Positions 20,050-29,982 of a stretch of DNA of 64,000 nt are shown piece by piece. Each line of letters opens with the position of its first letter. Within the stretch, counting starts at the first letter, position 1. A model generated the notes under the pieces. It saw nothing but the letters and a program-made list of their open reading frames with translations, was not told the DNA's origin and ran no database searches. The position numbers and the translations under genes are program-made. This DNA comes from a virus. The stretch is taken from IMG/VR virus record IMGVR_UViG_3300032288_001804, positions 32,428-96,427 of that record. The stretch is one strand, 5' to 3'.

Positions 20050-23000
20050 TTAATTTATCAAGTCTTGTGGGCTATAAATTAAGTTTGGGTTATTACGCTT
20101 CCTATCAATACTTAACTGCGTTAAATAACCACCATTATCTAAAAGCTGTTGTCTTAATTGTTCAGCAAAATAAAATCCTGGTATTGTTCCTTTACTTGCG
20201 TATTGTGATTCAATTTGCTGTGGTGCAACTAATCCTTTAACATCATCCGCTGTTAATATTTGACCATTGAGCACATAGTTATCATACTTATCTTGTGTGA
20301 TATTAAATATACCAGATCCAGGAATATTAACTGTAGCTTTTCCCATAGCCCAAAGAGCTAAATCTACCCAGTCTGATTTTATAGTACGCTTGTATAATGT
20401 ATTTGTAGCTTGAGCTTTAGGTATTAATGCTGTAAAGACTAAGTCTTTATTATTAGATTGGAAACCTAGTGCCTTAGCTTTTTCACCATTAAGTGTAATT
20501 TGATAAGCAGTCATATTAGCTGTACCAGCTACAGGGTAAGTTCTTATTTGACCTGCTGCTAAGTCAAGCTTGTCAAAGTTACCTATGTTACCTTGATTCT
20601 TAATATCTGCTTGTAAGCTTGATAATAAACCTAATAGCTTATCAGCATTTTTAGAGTGGTTGTTTTCTAATGCCCCCCAACGCCAATCTTTAATTTCATT
20701 ATCACTTACCTCAAGTTTATCAAGAAGATCGACATAAGGCATGTTTACCAAAAATGGTTTTTGATAATATTCGCCGTCAGATTTTCTATTTGATATAGTA
20801 CTCTTAAGGTTATCTATAAGGCCAACAAAATCTTGGTTACCGGTACCAGATGCTAAATCAACTGCTTCATTAAAGTTAATCGCATAGGGTTGTGCAGTAA
20901 TACCACCTTGACCCTTATATGCATCAGCTATAAGATTTCTAGGAGTATATGTTTGTAAGTCTGTGTTTTTATCCGCAGCTGCAATTCCATATTCTCTTTT
21001 AAACGTATCGTAACCTATTACAGGAATTTCAGGAAATTCTAAGTATGCTGCTGGTTGACCCATGCTTTCTTGAACTTTTGAATAGTCTTGGTATACTTGC
21101 CACTCACTAGTTCTACCTTCTGAAGTCCAAGTTTCCATTATTGCTTCTTTTAAAAGCTCCTTACCATTAATACCATTATCATTTAATCTATTAACAATAC
21201 TTGCAACTTCGGAAGGATTTCCTTCAAATGCTAAATTATCAAACCATGCATTTGGATCATAGTTTAATGCCTTATTTCCTTTTTCCGCAAGTCGTTGAGC
21301 AATTTTAGGATTTAATTTATTTTGATCCAAAACAGCACCGTAAACTTCTCCACCAAATGTTGGATTATATGCACCAGCTAAAGCAGCATAACTTGAAGCA
21401 AAATTGCTTGCAGTATTAGCATTAGCTTCTAAAGCATTTGTTGTTGTAATTACTGCATCTGCTATAACATCTGCAGCTGCCCATACTTTAGGGTTACTAT
21501 AAACTTGATCTTTAAACTCTTGTTCAGTTTTAACTGCTTTTAACGGAGCACCATTAGCTGGACTATTTTCAGCATTAATAGTACCCATTTGTTTAAAGAT
21601 ATACTTATCCATAAAGTCTCTTAGCTCGGTACCGCTACCATAAGCTAACATACCAGGATTAGTTTCCATCTTAGCACCTACTTTTGCAATGTTATATTGG
21701 TCTACAATAATCATTGCTTTTTCAGTTTGAGATTGTATGCTAGCTAATGAAACTTTATCCATTACAGTTGTTTTATCAACATCATCTCTAAATAATGGAT
21801 CTTTACTATATTCTGCTACTACTCTATCAAAGCTATCTGCTGTAACAATACCCAATTTCATATATGGGAACATGTCACTATTTTTAATTTGACCATCGTC
21901 TCCAATAAGCCCTAATCTATCTGGACCAGGAAACATTTTCTTTATAGAAGCAAGTGCGCTTTTCTTTTCGCTAGGTGTTCCAAATGCAGCTTTATCCTGA
22001 TACTTTCTTAGTAATAAATCTACAGTTGCAACTTTTGCATCATCAAGACTTTGGTTCTTAAAATCTAAACCTGCTGTAATAGCATTTTTAGTTTGAATAT
22101 TTTGAGCAGTTAACGCAAGACCGGTATCCCATAAATTTTGCAAAAAGGATTTATCCCCAGGTAGTTGAATATTTTTATATTCCTGAGTCATTTCAGGATT
22201 AACCTCCCCAACAAGATTTTCACGAGAATCATCTTCAGATAATAATGGAATAGGCATTAAAGTTCCTAAGGCATTAAACTTTTTAAGACTTGTACCTGCT
22301 ACAGATTTTCTAGCTTCAGTACGAGTTTGATCCGCTAAATATGATGGAACGCTATCCGTATCTAATGCAAATTTCACATAATCTTGAGCAGCGTTAACAA
22401 CTGCTTCTACAGATGCACTATCTGCATTAGCTTCTAAGATAGCATCAAACTGTGCTTTTCTTGGATTAGCTGCTGCAGCTGCAACACCAAATGGATTTTG
22501 AAATTTGTCAAATACATATTGGTTAAAGTCGTTTACATCTTGCTCAGTTTGTATTACATTCTCAGGGTTACGGAATTCTGGTTTTCCATATTTCTCTGTA
22601 AATGGTAAATTTTGAAATGCTGTACGTGTGGTATCACTAGAAGTCTCGGCTGCAGCTTGTGCTGTAGCAGTACCTGTAGTATCGCTTGGCGCAACATAAT
22701 TATTAGCTAATAATGTATCCGCTACGGTAGACGTAGTATCCGGTGCAGCAAACGCCGTTCTTGTAGAATCTACTTGCGGAATATTTGTTGTAGAAGCTTG
22801 AGCTGTACTATCTGTAGATGCACCTGTTTGTGTAGCAGATGTATTTTGTTGTTGTACAGCATCTCCAGAAGATTCAGTTCCACCACCAGTATTTACACCA
22901 GCTTGTTTAGCAGCTTCTTCTTGAGCACCTGCACCATCTAAAAATGATAATTGGCTTTTGTCTGTAACACCTAGGGTAGAAAGTTTATCTGCACCCATGC

Positions 23001-24528
23001 TATTCCAAACAACTTCACTACCATGTCCTCTTAATTGGTGAATATAAAACTCAAGCTCGTTTTCTTTCTTTTCTTTTTCTGATTTGGCTTGCGAAGTAGT
23101 AGCATTATTTTTTGCTAGTTCCCCTGCGTCAAGAATACTTTGCATACCAAATGCATCTGCACCGGCATCCTCTAATAATAATTTCTTGAGGCTATCATCT
23201 AAGAAACCCGCTGATTTACCAGATCTAGAAGAACCTAGTCTACTATCCCAAAGTTTTTTCTCAAGATCATTAGCGTAGTCATAAGCAGCCTTCTTCCATT
23301 GGTTCTCTATCTCCATTCCTTTAAGAGAAACCTGATGCGAGAAGTTCAAGTTTTCTAAATATATTGGGTCAGCTTTTACATCCTGCTTTTGTGTAAGTTG
23401 TGCATATGATGAAGCTGCAGTAGCTAAGTCATTACTTAATAAACCTCTAGCTAAAATAGCATCAGCTCTAGCAGCTAATGCGCTTTGTGATAATCCTTCA
23501 ATTGCTGTAGGAGATGTAATATCTAAAGATTGTGTATAGTAATCATCAGTTTGCTCAGCAACTTGACCATCATCATTTAATCGGCGATAGTATTCAATAA
23601 GGTCTTTATCAAGTTCTGGGTCAACACCCTTTTCCTTAATATAGTTTTCTGCTACTTCTTTTTTAGCATTAATAGTTTCTTTATTACTCTGAGCTATCTT
23701 TTTATTTTCAAGATTGGCTTTATTTTCAGACTCAATAACTTGGCGTATATAATCCGCTTCTGCAGCTTGTGCACTACCAAATTCTGATGCTTTTGATTCA
23801 CCGTATTGCTTACGTTGTAAATAAGCAGATACATTATACATATCAGCAACTTGCTGTTCATTACCGTATTTAGAAAGGAAGTAATTGTATAATGGCACCT
23901 CCATTGGAGTACCATTAGTAGTAGTATAAATATAACGACCATCCGAAGACACCGTTTGCATTTCTAGTTTACTAGATGTAGCAAATTTTACAGCATCATC
24001 AACTACGTTTACAAATGGAACATACTTAGGTGCGCTCATTGCTAAAGCTTCTTGCTCAGTAGAGTTAGCAAAATCTTGTGCTTTATATTGCAAATACTGA
24101 ACACCACCATCCCAATACTTACCGCCGCATTCTTTTGGATTTAAACAATTTCTAAAGAACTCTGCACGATCATACTCATTATAAACATCCTTTGTAAAGT
24201 TAACATCTTTGGCAAATAACTTATTGGTTGTCAATGGTTTAAATACCTGAAAAGCAGCCCGTTGGTTATCTTCTATAGATAAATCTACACCAGCTAATCT
24301 TTGTATTTCATTATTAGCTTTTGAGAAAAAATCATTTCTCATTGTAGACGTATCCTGTCTTGTAAGAGGTGAGTTTAATAATGTACCATAAATACTGTTA
24401 ACACGCTCATACCCAGCTTCATACTGCGCATTCTTGGTGTCAAGAACAGTTTTATAAAAATTAAAATCCGGCTGATACGGTTGTATCTGCGGTATGTATT
24501 TATTACTTCCTTGTAAGTACGTTGCCAT
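20050..24528 (-). CDS. Large cargo/ejection protein
   Basis: 1492 aa. Helical N-terminus (PQIQPYQPDFNFY…), T/A/S-rich central linker, position between muzzle and RNAP genes as in crAss-like phages. Confidence 0.7.
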   Translation of the reverse strand: MATYLQGSNKYIPQIQPYQPDFNFYKTVLDTKNAQYEAGYERVNSIYGTLLNSPLTRQDTSTMRNDFFSKANNEIQRLAGVDLSIEDNQRAAFQVFKPLTTNKLFAKDVNFTKDVYNEYDRAEFFRNCLNPKECGGKYWDGGVQYLQYKAQDFANSTEQEALAMSAPKYVPFVNVVDDAVKFATSSKLEMQTVSSDGRYIYTTTNGTPMEVPLYNYFLSKYGNEQQVADMYNVSAYLQRKQYGESKASEFGSAQAAEADYIRQVIESENKANLENKKIAQSNKETINAKKEVAENYIKEKGVDPELDKDLIEYYRRLNDDGQVAEQTDDYYTQSLDITSPTAIEGLSQSALAARADAILARGLLSNDLATAASSYAQLTQKQDVKADPIYLENLNFSHQVSLKGMEIENQWKKAAYDYANDLEKKLWDSRLGSSRSGKSAGFLDDSLKKLLLEDAGADAFGMQSILDAGELAKNNATTSQAKSEKEKKENELEFYIHQLRGHGSEVVWNSMGADKLSTLGVTDKSQLSFLDGAGAQEEAAKQAGVNTGGGTESSGDAVQQQNTSATQTGASTDSTAQASTTNIPQVDSTRTAFAAPDTTSTVADTLLANNYVAPSDTTGTATAQAAAETSSDTTRTAFQNLPFTEKYGKPEFRNPENVIQTEQDVNDFNQYVFDKFQNPFGVAAAAANPRKAQFDAILEANADSASVEAVVNAAQDYVKFALDTDSVPSYLADQTRTEARKSVAGTSLKKFNALGTLMPIPLLSEDDSRENLVGEVNPEMTQEYKNIQLPGDKSFLQNLWDTGLALTAQNIQTKNAITAGLDFKNQSLDDAKVATVDLLLRKYQDKAAFGTPSEKKSALASIKKMFPGPDRLGLIGDDGQIKNSDMFPYMKLGIVTADSFDRVVAEYSKDPLFRDDVDKTTVMDKVSLASIQSQTEKAMIIVDQYNIAKVGAKMETNPGMLAYGSGTELRDFMDKYIFKQMGTINAENSPANGAPLKAVKTEQEFKDQVYSNPKVWAAADVIADAVITTTNALEANANTASNFASSYAALAGAYNPTFGGEVYGAVLDQNKLNPKIAQRLAEKGNKALNYDPNAWFDNLAFEGNPSEVASIVNRLNDNGINGKELLKEAIMETWTSEGRTSEWQVYQDYSKVQESMGQPAAYLEFPEIPVIGYDTFKREYGIAAADKNTDLQTYTPRNLIADAYKGQGGITAQPYAINFNEAVDLASGTGNQDFVGLIDNLKSTISNRKSDGEYYQKPFLVNMPYVDLLDKLEVSDNEIKDWRWGALENNHSKNADKLLGLLSSLQADIKNQGNIGNFDKLDLAAGQIRTYPVAGTANMTAYQITLNGEKAKALGFQSNNKDLVFTALIPKAQATNTLYKRTIKSDWVDLALWAMGKATVNIPGSGIFNITQDKYDNYVLNGQILTADDVKGLVAPQQIESQYASKGTIPGFYFAEQLRQQLLDNGGYLTQLSIDRKRNNPNLIYSPQDLIN

Positions 24529-24539
24529 AGTTTATACTG

Positions 24540-24585
24540 TAAATATACGAAAAACTTTTAAAAGTTACTAAACTTAAAAAGTTTA
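24540..24585 (-). promoter_or_regulatory. Promoter-like TATATTTA with upstream palindrome TAAACTT-N3-AAGTTTA
   Basis: Intergenic, upstream of the cargo/RNAP genes. Perfect 7-3-7 inverted repeat at 24569-24585. Confidence 0.5.
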
Positions 24586-24591
24586 ACTTTC

Positions 24592-27186
24592 TTAAATTAA
24601 TCCTCCAAACATATAAGGTAATGCGCCTGTACCTGCTGCTTGTGCATATTGTGCAAATGCAGCTGCAGCATTTGGATCACCCATATTATACTGCTGTAAC
24701 ATTTGATTAAACATTTCAACCTCAGGATTTCCAGGATCTTGAATGCTCATACCTTTACCACCAAAAATAACTTGCGCGGCTTTATCTGCAGAAACACCTC
24801 TTCTCATAAGATCATTCATCCTTTGTAATTGTGATTCATACTCATCAAAAGATTTTTGACCTGTAAGATCTTTACCTTTGTTAAAGAATACTAAACCTGA
24901 TGGTTCATCTATAAGGAACTTGTTACCAGACATTGATTCAAGATTAGCTGATGTAGCTGCGTTAACGTCCATAGCATTTTTCAATGCTGTTGTTTGAGCA
25001 ATAAACTCATTTTGAGTTTGCTTATCATTTTGAATCTTTTGCGTCATTTCATCGTAGTAACGCTTAGAGTTTTCTAAGTTATAAGCGTTTGTCTTAAACG
25101 CTAAATCCGCACGAGCTTTCTCAGCATTGTTATAAATCTCATTGTTAGCATTAAAGTATTTACCTAATGTATTAGCAATTTGATTTGATGCTTGAGCCTG
25201 TGTTGAAGCAGCGGCTGCAGCATATCCTTGTGGACTTCCATAGATACCAGCGGCACGTAATGCACCTTGTGCTGTACCCTGTGTTTCAGCAACCTCACGA
25301 CTTGGATCTAAGTATGCTTGGTTAAAACCTACTGGAGCCATAGGGAAAGATGCAGGCATAACATTAGGTTGGTTTGCACCAATAGCTAAGTTAGCTACCA
25401 TGTTATTTACATCTGGTCCCCAATACTGTAGATCAGGTGTTGCTTGTGTATATGTAGGAGATTCCGGGGTTTCAACTGTACTTTCCGTATCCTTAACATC
25501 TTCAAAACCTACCCCTTCTTCTTTAAGACCTTTTACAAATAAACCTTGTCCTGCGGTAGTATTACCAAAGATATCGTCAACAGGAGATATCGCACGTCCT
25601 GCAGCATCTTGTTGATCGCTCATACCTCTTGGTACTAATGTAAAGTTCTCAAGTGTTTTTGCATATTCAGGATCATCAGCCGCAGCTTGAATACCCTTAT
25701 AAGCAGCTTGGAACATTGCAATTTGATCATCATTAAAAATCTCATCATCTTTAAAGCCAATATCTTTAGCTGTTTTTCTATAGACATTGTTTTTATTTCC
25801 ACCACCTTTATCCCAAGTTTTGTTTTTAGTGATAGGATCAATCTTACCTTCTACTTCCGCTTTAGTAATAGCAAAGACTTGTTTTTGAGCTTTTAAAAAG
25901 TTATCCAAAACTTCTTCTGCACTTTTAGATTTTAAAGCAGCTTTTCTAGATGAGCTAAGACCTGAAGCATCAACTTGACGCTTGTACTCTTCATACATGC
26001 GATCAACAATACCTTTATTTGCTGGATCTTTTAATACACCTTCAACATAAGAATAGTCATCAATGTATCCACCAAGACGTGGGTCTGTAACATCTGATTT
26101 TGGCAATTGTTTAGATACAGTAGTCTTAGTTACTTTTTGGTAACCACCATCAGCTTTTACTACATATACCTCTTGCTTATTTTTTGCTTTACCAAACTCT
26201 TCACGCACACGCTTTTGAAAATCTGGATCAGATTCATTTTCATTACGTGTAATAACCGTAGCATTCTCACTAGGTTTAAATTTAGTTACAGTAGTTGTAC
26301 GCCTTGAAGCTGGCTGCTGATTTCCAAATGGTGTATTAATTATGTTACCATAACCATCTACAACATAGGTCATACCTGTAACTCTATCTGTAACAATACG
26401 TGGTTGATTTTGTGCAGTACGCAAATTATTAATGCGTCTTTGCATTCTACGCATTCTACCACTTTGTGCTTTAGGTAATCCGCCATAACGAGCTTGTGGC
26501 ATTTCACCTTCAGCCATCTCGCTATCTTGCATAGTTTCCATTTGCTCATCATCAGAACCAGCTTGCATAGGCATAAGAGCAGAAGGATCTGCGCCTACAC
26601 GCATTAAGTATGGTAATGATAAAGCTGGAATATCTTCAAAGCCTTTGCTAGCTTCTTGAGCTAATGCAATTTGACCTAGTTTATCAATAGAATTTTTAAT
26701 ATTTAATTCAGCAGTACTAACATCCATTTTAGTAGCATTAGGATCTGCCATTACTTGTCTAGCATCATTAATAACACTACCGTATTTCTTAGCTGCGTCA
26801 GCATAAGAAATTTTAGAAGTTTTAGACTTACCTTTTTTAATAGGGTATCCAAAGTATTCTGCTAAGTCCTTTGGCATCTTTAGGAATTTACTAAAGATAA
26901 AGGAATCCTCGGTAGCACGCATAGGTACTCCACCATCAGCATGGGAAGGTCCGTTAATATTAAAGTGTGCTGGCAAACCACCAACATTAGGATCAAGAAT
27001 AGTTTCTCCACCCTCCGCTTCAATATTAGGATTTTCATAGTCAGGTTCTACAGATTTACGTGCTTCCGTTAAAGGTGCTCCTGCAGTATTGTGCACAGAC
27101 CAAGGTGCAATTTGCATAGGAATATTGGGGTAGTGTGTACCACCCCTTTTCATCTCTGGAAGTTTCTTAATAGTAACTTTTCTCAT
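24592..27186 (-). CDS. Internal virion/cargo protein with an N-terminal EAEGGE…GPSHADGGVP domain
   Basis: 864 aa. The EAEGGE/GPSHxxGG motif recalls Bacteroidota-phage internal and tape-measure-type proteins. Ala/Gln-rich helical C-terminus. Confidence 0.6.
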   Translation of the reverse strand: MRKVTIKKLPEMKRGGTHYPNIPMQIAPWSVHNTAGAPLTEARKSVEPDYENPNIEAEGGETILDPNVGGLPAHFNINGPSHADGGVPMRATEDSFIFSKFLKMPKDLAEYFGYPIKKGKSKTSKISYADAAKKYGSVINDARQVMADPNATKMDVSTAELNIKNSIDKLGQIALAQEASKGFEDIPALSLPYLMRVGADPSALMPMQAGSDDEQMETMQDSEMAEGEMPQARYGGLPKAQSGRMRRMQRRINNLRTAQNQPRIVTDRVTGMTYVVDGYGNIINTPFGNQQPASRRTTTVTKFKPSENATVITRNENESDPDFQKRVREEFGKAKNKQEVYVVKADGGYQKVTKTTVSKQLPKSDVTDPRLGGYIDDYSYVEGVLKDPANKGIVDRMYEEYKRQVDASGLSSSRKAALKSKSAEEVLDNFLKAQKQVFAITKAEVEGKIDPITKNKTWDKGGGNKNNVYRKTAKDIGFKDDEIFNDDQIAMFQAAYKGIQAAADDPEYAKTLENFTLVPRGMSDQQDAAGRAISPVDDIFGNTTAGQGLFVKGLKEEGVGFEDVKDTESTVETPESPTYTQATPDLQYWGPDVNNMVANLAIGANQPNVMPASFPMAPVGFNQAYLDPSREVAETQGTAQGALRAAGIYGSPQGYAAAAASTQAQASNQIANTLGKYFNANNEIYNNAEKARADLAFKTNAYNLENSKRYYDEMTQKIQNDKQTQNEFIAQTTALKNAMDVNAATSANLESMSGNKFLIDEPSGLVFFNKGKDLTGQKSFDEYESQLQRMNDLMRRGVSADKAAQVIFGGKGMSIQDPGNPEVEMFNQMLQQYNMGDPNAAAAFAQYAQAAGTGALPYMFGGLI

Positions 27187-27197
27187 CCTATAGATAT

Positions 27198-29915
27198 TTA
27201 TTCTAGTTCATAACCAGCATTAATCAATGCTTGAATTTCCGCATCACTTAAATAGTAAGTACCACCTTCTTGATATTGACCACCCATTTCAAAACCATGT
27301 TCTGGCGCAGTATAACCTTGTTTATTAAATCTATTAGCAATTTTACTGTAGCGATTAGACATTCTATTTTTTTGTCTAAACTCTCTAGCATCAAGATTTG
27401 CTGGTCCATAACCTTTCTCCTCATTATCAGTTAAGTACTGTTCTTTTTGATTTAGCTGGTCAAGTTTAGAACCAAGGTTTTGCAATCTGCTAGTAGCCAT
27501 TCTATTTCTAGCCTTTTCTAAAAAGCTTTTATCTGCATATCCTATATTAGGATTAAATGTACTTGTTAATCTTGTATAATTTGGAGTTAACTCTTCAGGA
27601 GTTGTACCTCTAGCATAGGGATTAAAGTTTTGTGTTGCAAATGGATCAAAGTTTTTAGATTTACTTGGATCACCATTTTGTGTAGTAATTAAGTTACCAT
27701 TAACATCATACTGTACAGAACCTTGTCCAGGCTGATTAGCTCGGATTTTCATTTTAAATCTATTAGGACCTTGTGTAATGTCATAACGATTAATGTTATT
27801 ATCCTTAAACCAAGTGTTATACTGAGCATTTGCACCAGGACCTACAGCAGGAGCACCAGGTACGGTAGTTCCAGCTGCACCAGCAGTTCCTTGACCTTGA
27901 CCTTTTAGCATCATATCGGCCATTGTTTGATTAAACAATGCATTGATATTACGCTTTGTTCTAAAACCAAACAAAGGAGTTTTAGTATAACCAGCTGCCA
28001 TTGCACCTAATAACTGTTGCATTGCAGGATTAAACTGATAGCCACCTGCACCGCCTCCACCTGTATTAGTAGTATTAGTAGTAGTACCCGGAGTTGTAGT
28101 TGAAGCTGCTGGAGTACCAGGTTTACTATAAAAGAAATCCTGATCAGTTGCGACTTTACTTGGATACTTTTTTTCAAGATCCTGAATAGCTTTATCTCTT
28201 TCAGCCTCTAAATTTTTTAATACATTAGGATCCGCATTAGGATTTTTTGAACTTGCAATTTTATTATTTGCAGCAGCTACCTCATAGTCAGTATCAAACT
28301 TTTTAAGAATATCTAAATACTCCTGTTGATACTTATCTTGATTATCACGGGTCATTCTTTGACGAGTAGACGTTGCATAGCCAGGACTATTTTTATGCGG
28401 AATTTGTGTAGTATACGTTAGTGGATTTTGAGCTGTTTCTTGTAACTGATTTCTATCAAGTTTAGCATCGCTAGCCCAGTTACCAGCCATAGTCATAAAA
28501 GCTTGAATATCTTCTTTTTTTGTGTTTGGGTCTGAAATCAAGCTACCCATTGTCTCATTATACCATTTTTCAAAACCAGCAGCATCAGTTGCTGTAGGTT
28601 TTACTATAGCCTTTTTTTGATATCTTGTTATACCACCATACTCTGCAGTAGTAGGTTGTTGTGATTTATTTATCATATCTTGTAGCTTTTGCATGTTTTG
28701 ATAAAATTCAGCATTAGTTTGTTTAGCTTTAGCAATAGGTTTTGAAAATGCATCTTGTGCAGAACTGTATAATCCTTGCATTAACTGAGCATTAGCTTGC
28801 TTAGCTTCATTGGGATCATACATTCCTGTGTAATAAGGGTTAAGAGGATTTTGACTATCAAACCCAAACTCTTGAAAATCACTACCACTCATACCCATAC
28901 CCATTTGAGCCATAGGCATTTCTTGCATCATTTCTTCTGGCATTTCTTGTTGAGCTTGCTCTTGACCTACACCTTGAAGTTGCTGAACCACAGCATCTAC
29001 AATCTGCATAGCTTGCTCCTCAGGAATACCCATCTCAATTAGCTTTTGATCTACTTCTTCAGGAGTAGCTCCTTGCTGTAAAGCTTGAGCTACCATTTGC
29101 ATTAGTTGCTCTTGAGAAGTTTGTTGAGAAGTTTGTTGAGGAGCTTGCATTCCCATTTGAGCAAATCCCATTTCTTCAAATTCACTAAGCTGACCTTTAC
29201 GCTTTTTACCTAAAGCTTTTTGAACTACAGCATTGGCTGACATGTCCTTTAGATAATTTAAAAAGTTATTAGGCTTCTCATAATACTCATAATTCTCAGT
29301 ATTATCGGTAAGCTTTTCTGGTGTAAAGAAACCACCACCCTTTTGAGCAGTTGGTATCCCGTAGTGACTACTATCCATTTTTATTGCATTTTGTATAGGA
29401 GATCCTGCCCCCATTTCATATTTAGGAAGATCTCCCATTTGTCCAAGTTGGTCCGTTGAACCTCCACCTTGAAATGCCATGTAAAGCTGGCCGCCTTTTT
29501 TTGCTGTTGCCATAGGATTTGTGTATGCGCTATTTTGATAGCCAGGTTCATATACAGGAACTTTTTCATTAGGGAAATCTGTAAACTGCCCAGTTGAAGT
29601 AAGCCACGGATATGATCCGTATTTTTTCATTGATGACGTTTCATAAAGATTAAAAGGGTCATTAAGATAATCCCTTTGTGTTTTCTTCATTCTATTTTGG
29701 TCTTGGTAGTTAAGAGCCATTGTTGCTCCTGAAACAAGACCGTGTACAGTATCTCTTAGATAAGGATGATTATCAATAAAGCCGCTCATACCACCCTTAG
29801 GTTGCTTAAGCTTTATATTAAGGTTATTATAAAGGTTTTCTAAATTAACATCACCAGGTTGACTTAACTTGGCAAATGGATTTTGAAACTTTATATATGG
29901 GCTTCCATTTATCAT
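27198..29915 (-). CDS. Low-complexity Gln/Met/Gly-rich internal virion protein with repeated xxxGG motifs
   Basis: 905-aa ORF in the cargo cluster with several AQxGG/YxxGG motifs. Confidence 0.6.
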   Translation of the reverse strand: MINGSPYIKFQNPFAKLSQPGDVNLENLYNNLNIKLKQPKGGMSGFIDNHPYLRDTVHGLVSGATMALNYQDQNRMKKTQRDYLNDPFNLYETSSMKKYGSYPWLTSTGQFTDFPNEKVPVYEPGYQNSAYTNPMATAKKGGQLYMAFQGGGSTDQLGQMGDLPKYEMGAGSPIQNAIKMDSSHYGIPTAQKGGGFFTPEKLTDNTENYEYYEKPNNFLNYLKDMSANAVVQKALGKKRKGQLSEFEEMGFAQMGMQAPQQTSQQTSQEQLMQMVAQALQQGATPEEVDQKLIEMGIPEEQAMQIVDAVVQQLQGVGQEQAQQEMPEEMMQEMPMAQMGMGMSGSDFQEFGFDSQNPLNPYYTGMYDPNEAKQANAQLMQGLYSSAQDAFSKPIAKAKQTNAEFYQNMQKLQDMINKSQQPTTAEYGGITRYQKKAIVKPTATDAAGFEKWYNETMGSLISDPNTKKEDIQAFMTMAGNWASDAKLDRNQLQETAQNPLTYTTQIPHKNSPGYATSTRQRMTRDNQDKYQQEYLDILKKFDTDYEVAAANNKIASSKNPNADPNVLKNLEAERDKAIQDLEKKYPSKVATDQDFFYSKPGTPAASTTTPGTTTNTTNTGGGGAGGYQFNPAMQQLLGAMAAGYTKTPLFGFRTKRNINALFNQTMADMMLKGQGQGTAGAAGTTVPGAPAVGPGANAQYNTWFKDNNINRYDITQGPNRFKMKIRANQPGQGSVQYDVNGNLITTQNGDPSKSKNFDPFATQNFNPYARGTTPEELTPNYTRLTSTFNPNIGYADKSFLEKARNRMATSRLQNLGSKLDQLNQKEQYLTDNEEKGYGPANLDAREFRQKNRMSNRYSKIANRFNKQGYTAPEHGFEMGGQYQEGGTYYLSDAEIQALINAGYELE

Positions 29916-29982
29916 AATGCTAATATACTCATTATACTATATAAGATACTGATTTCTTTAATAATTTCCTAGTTATCATAAC

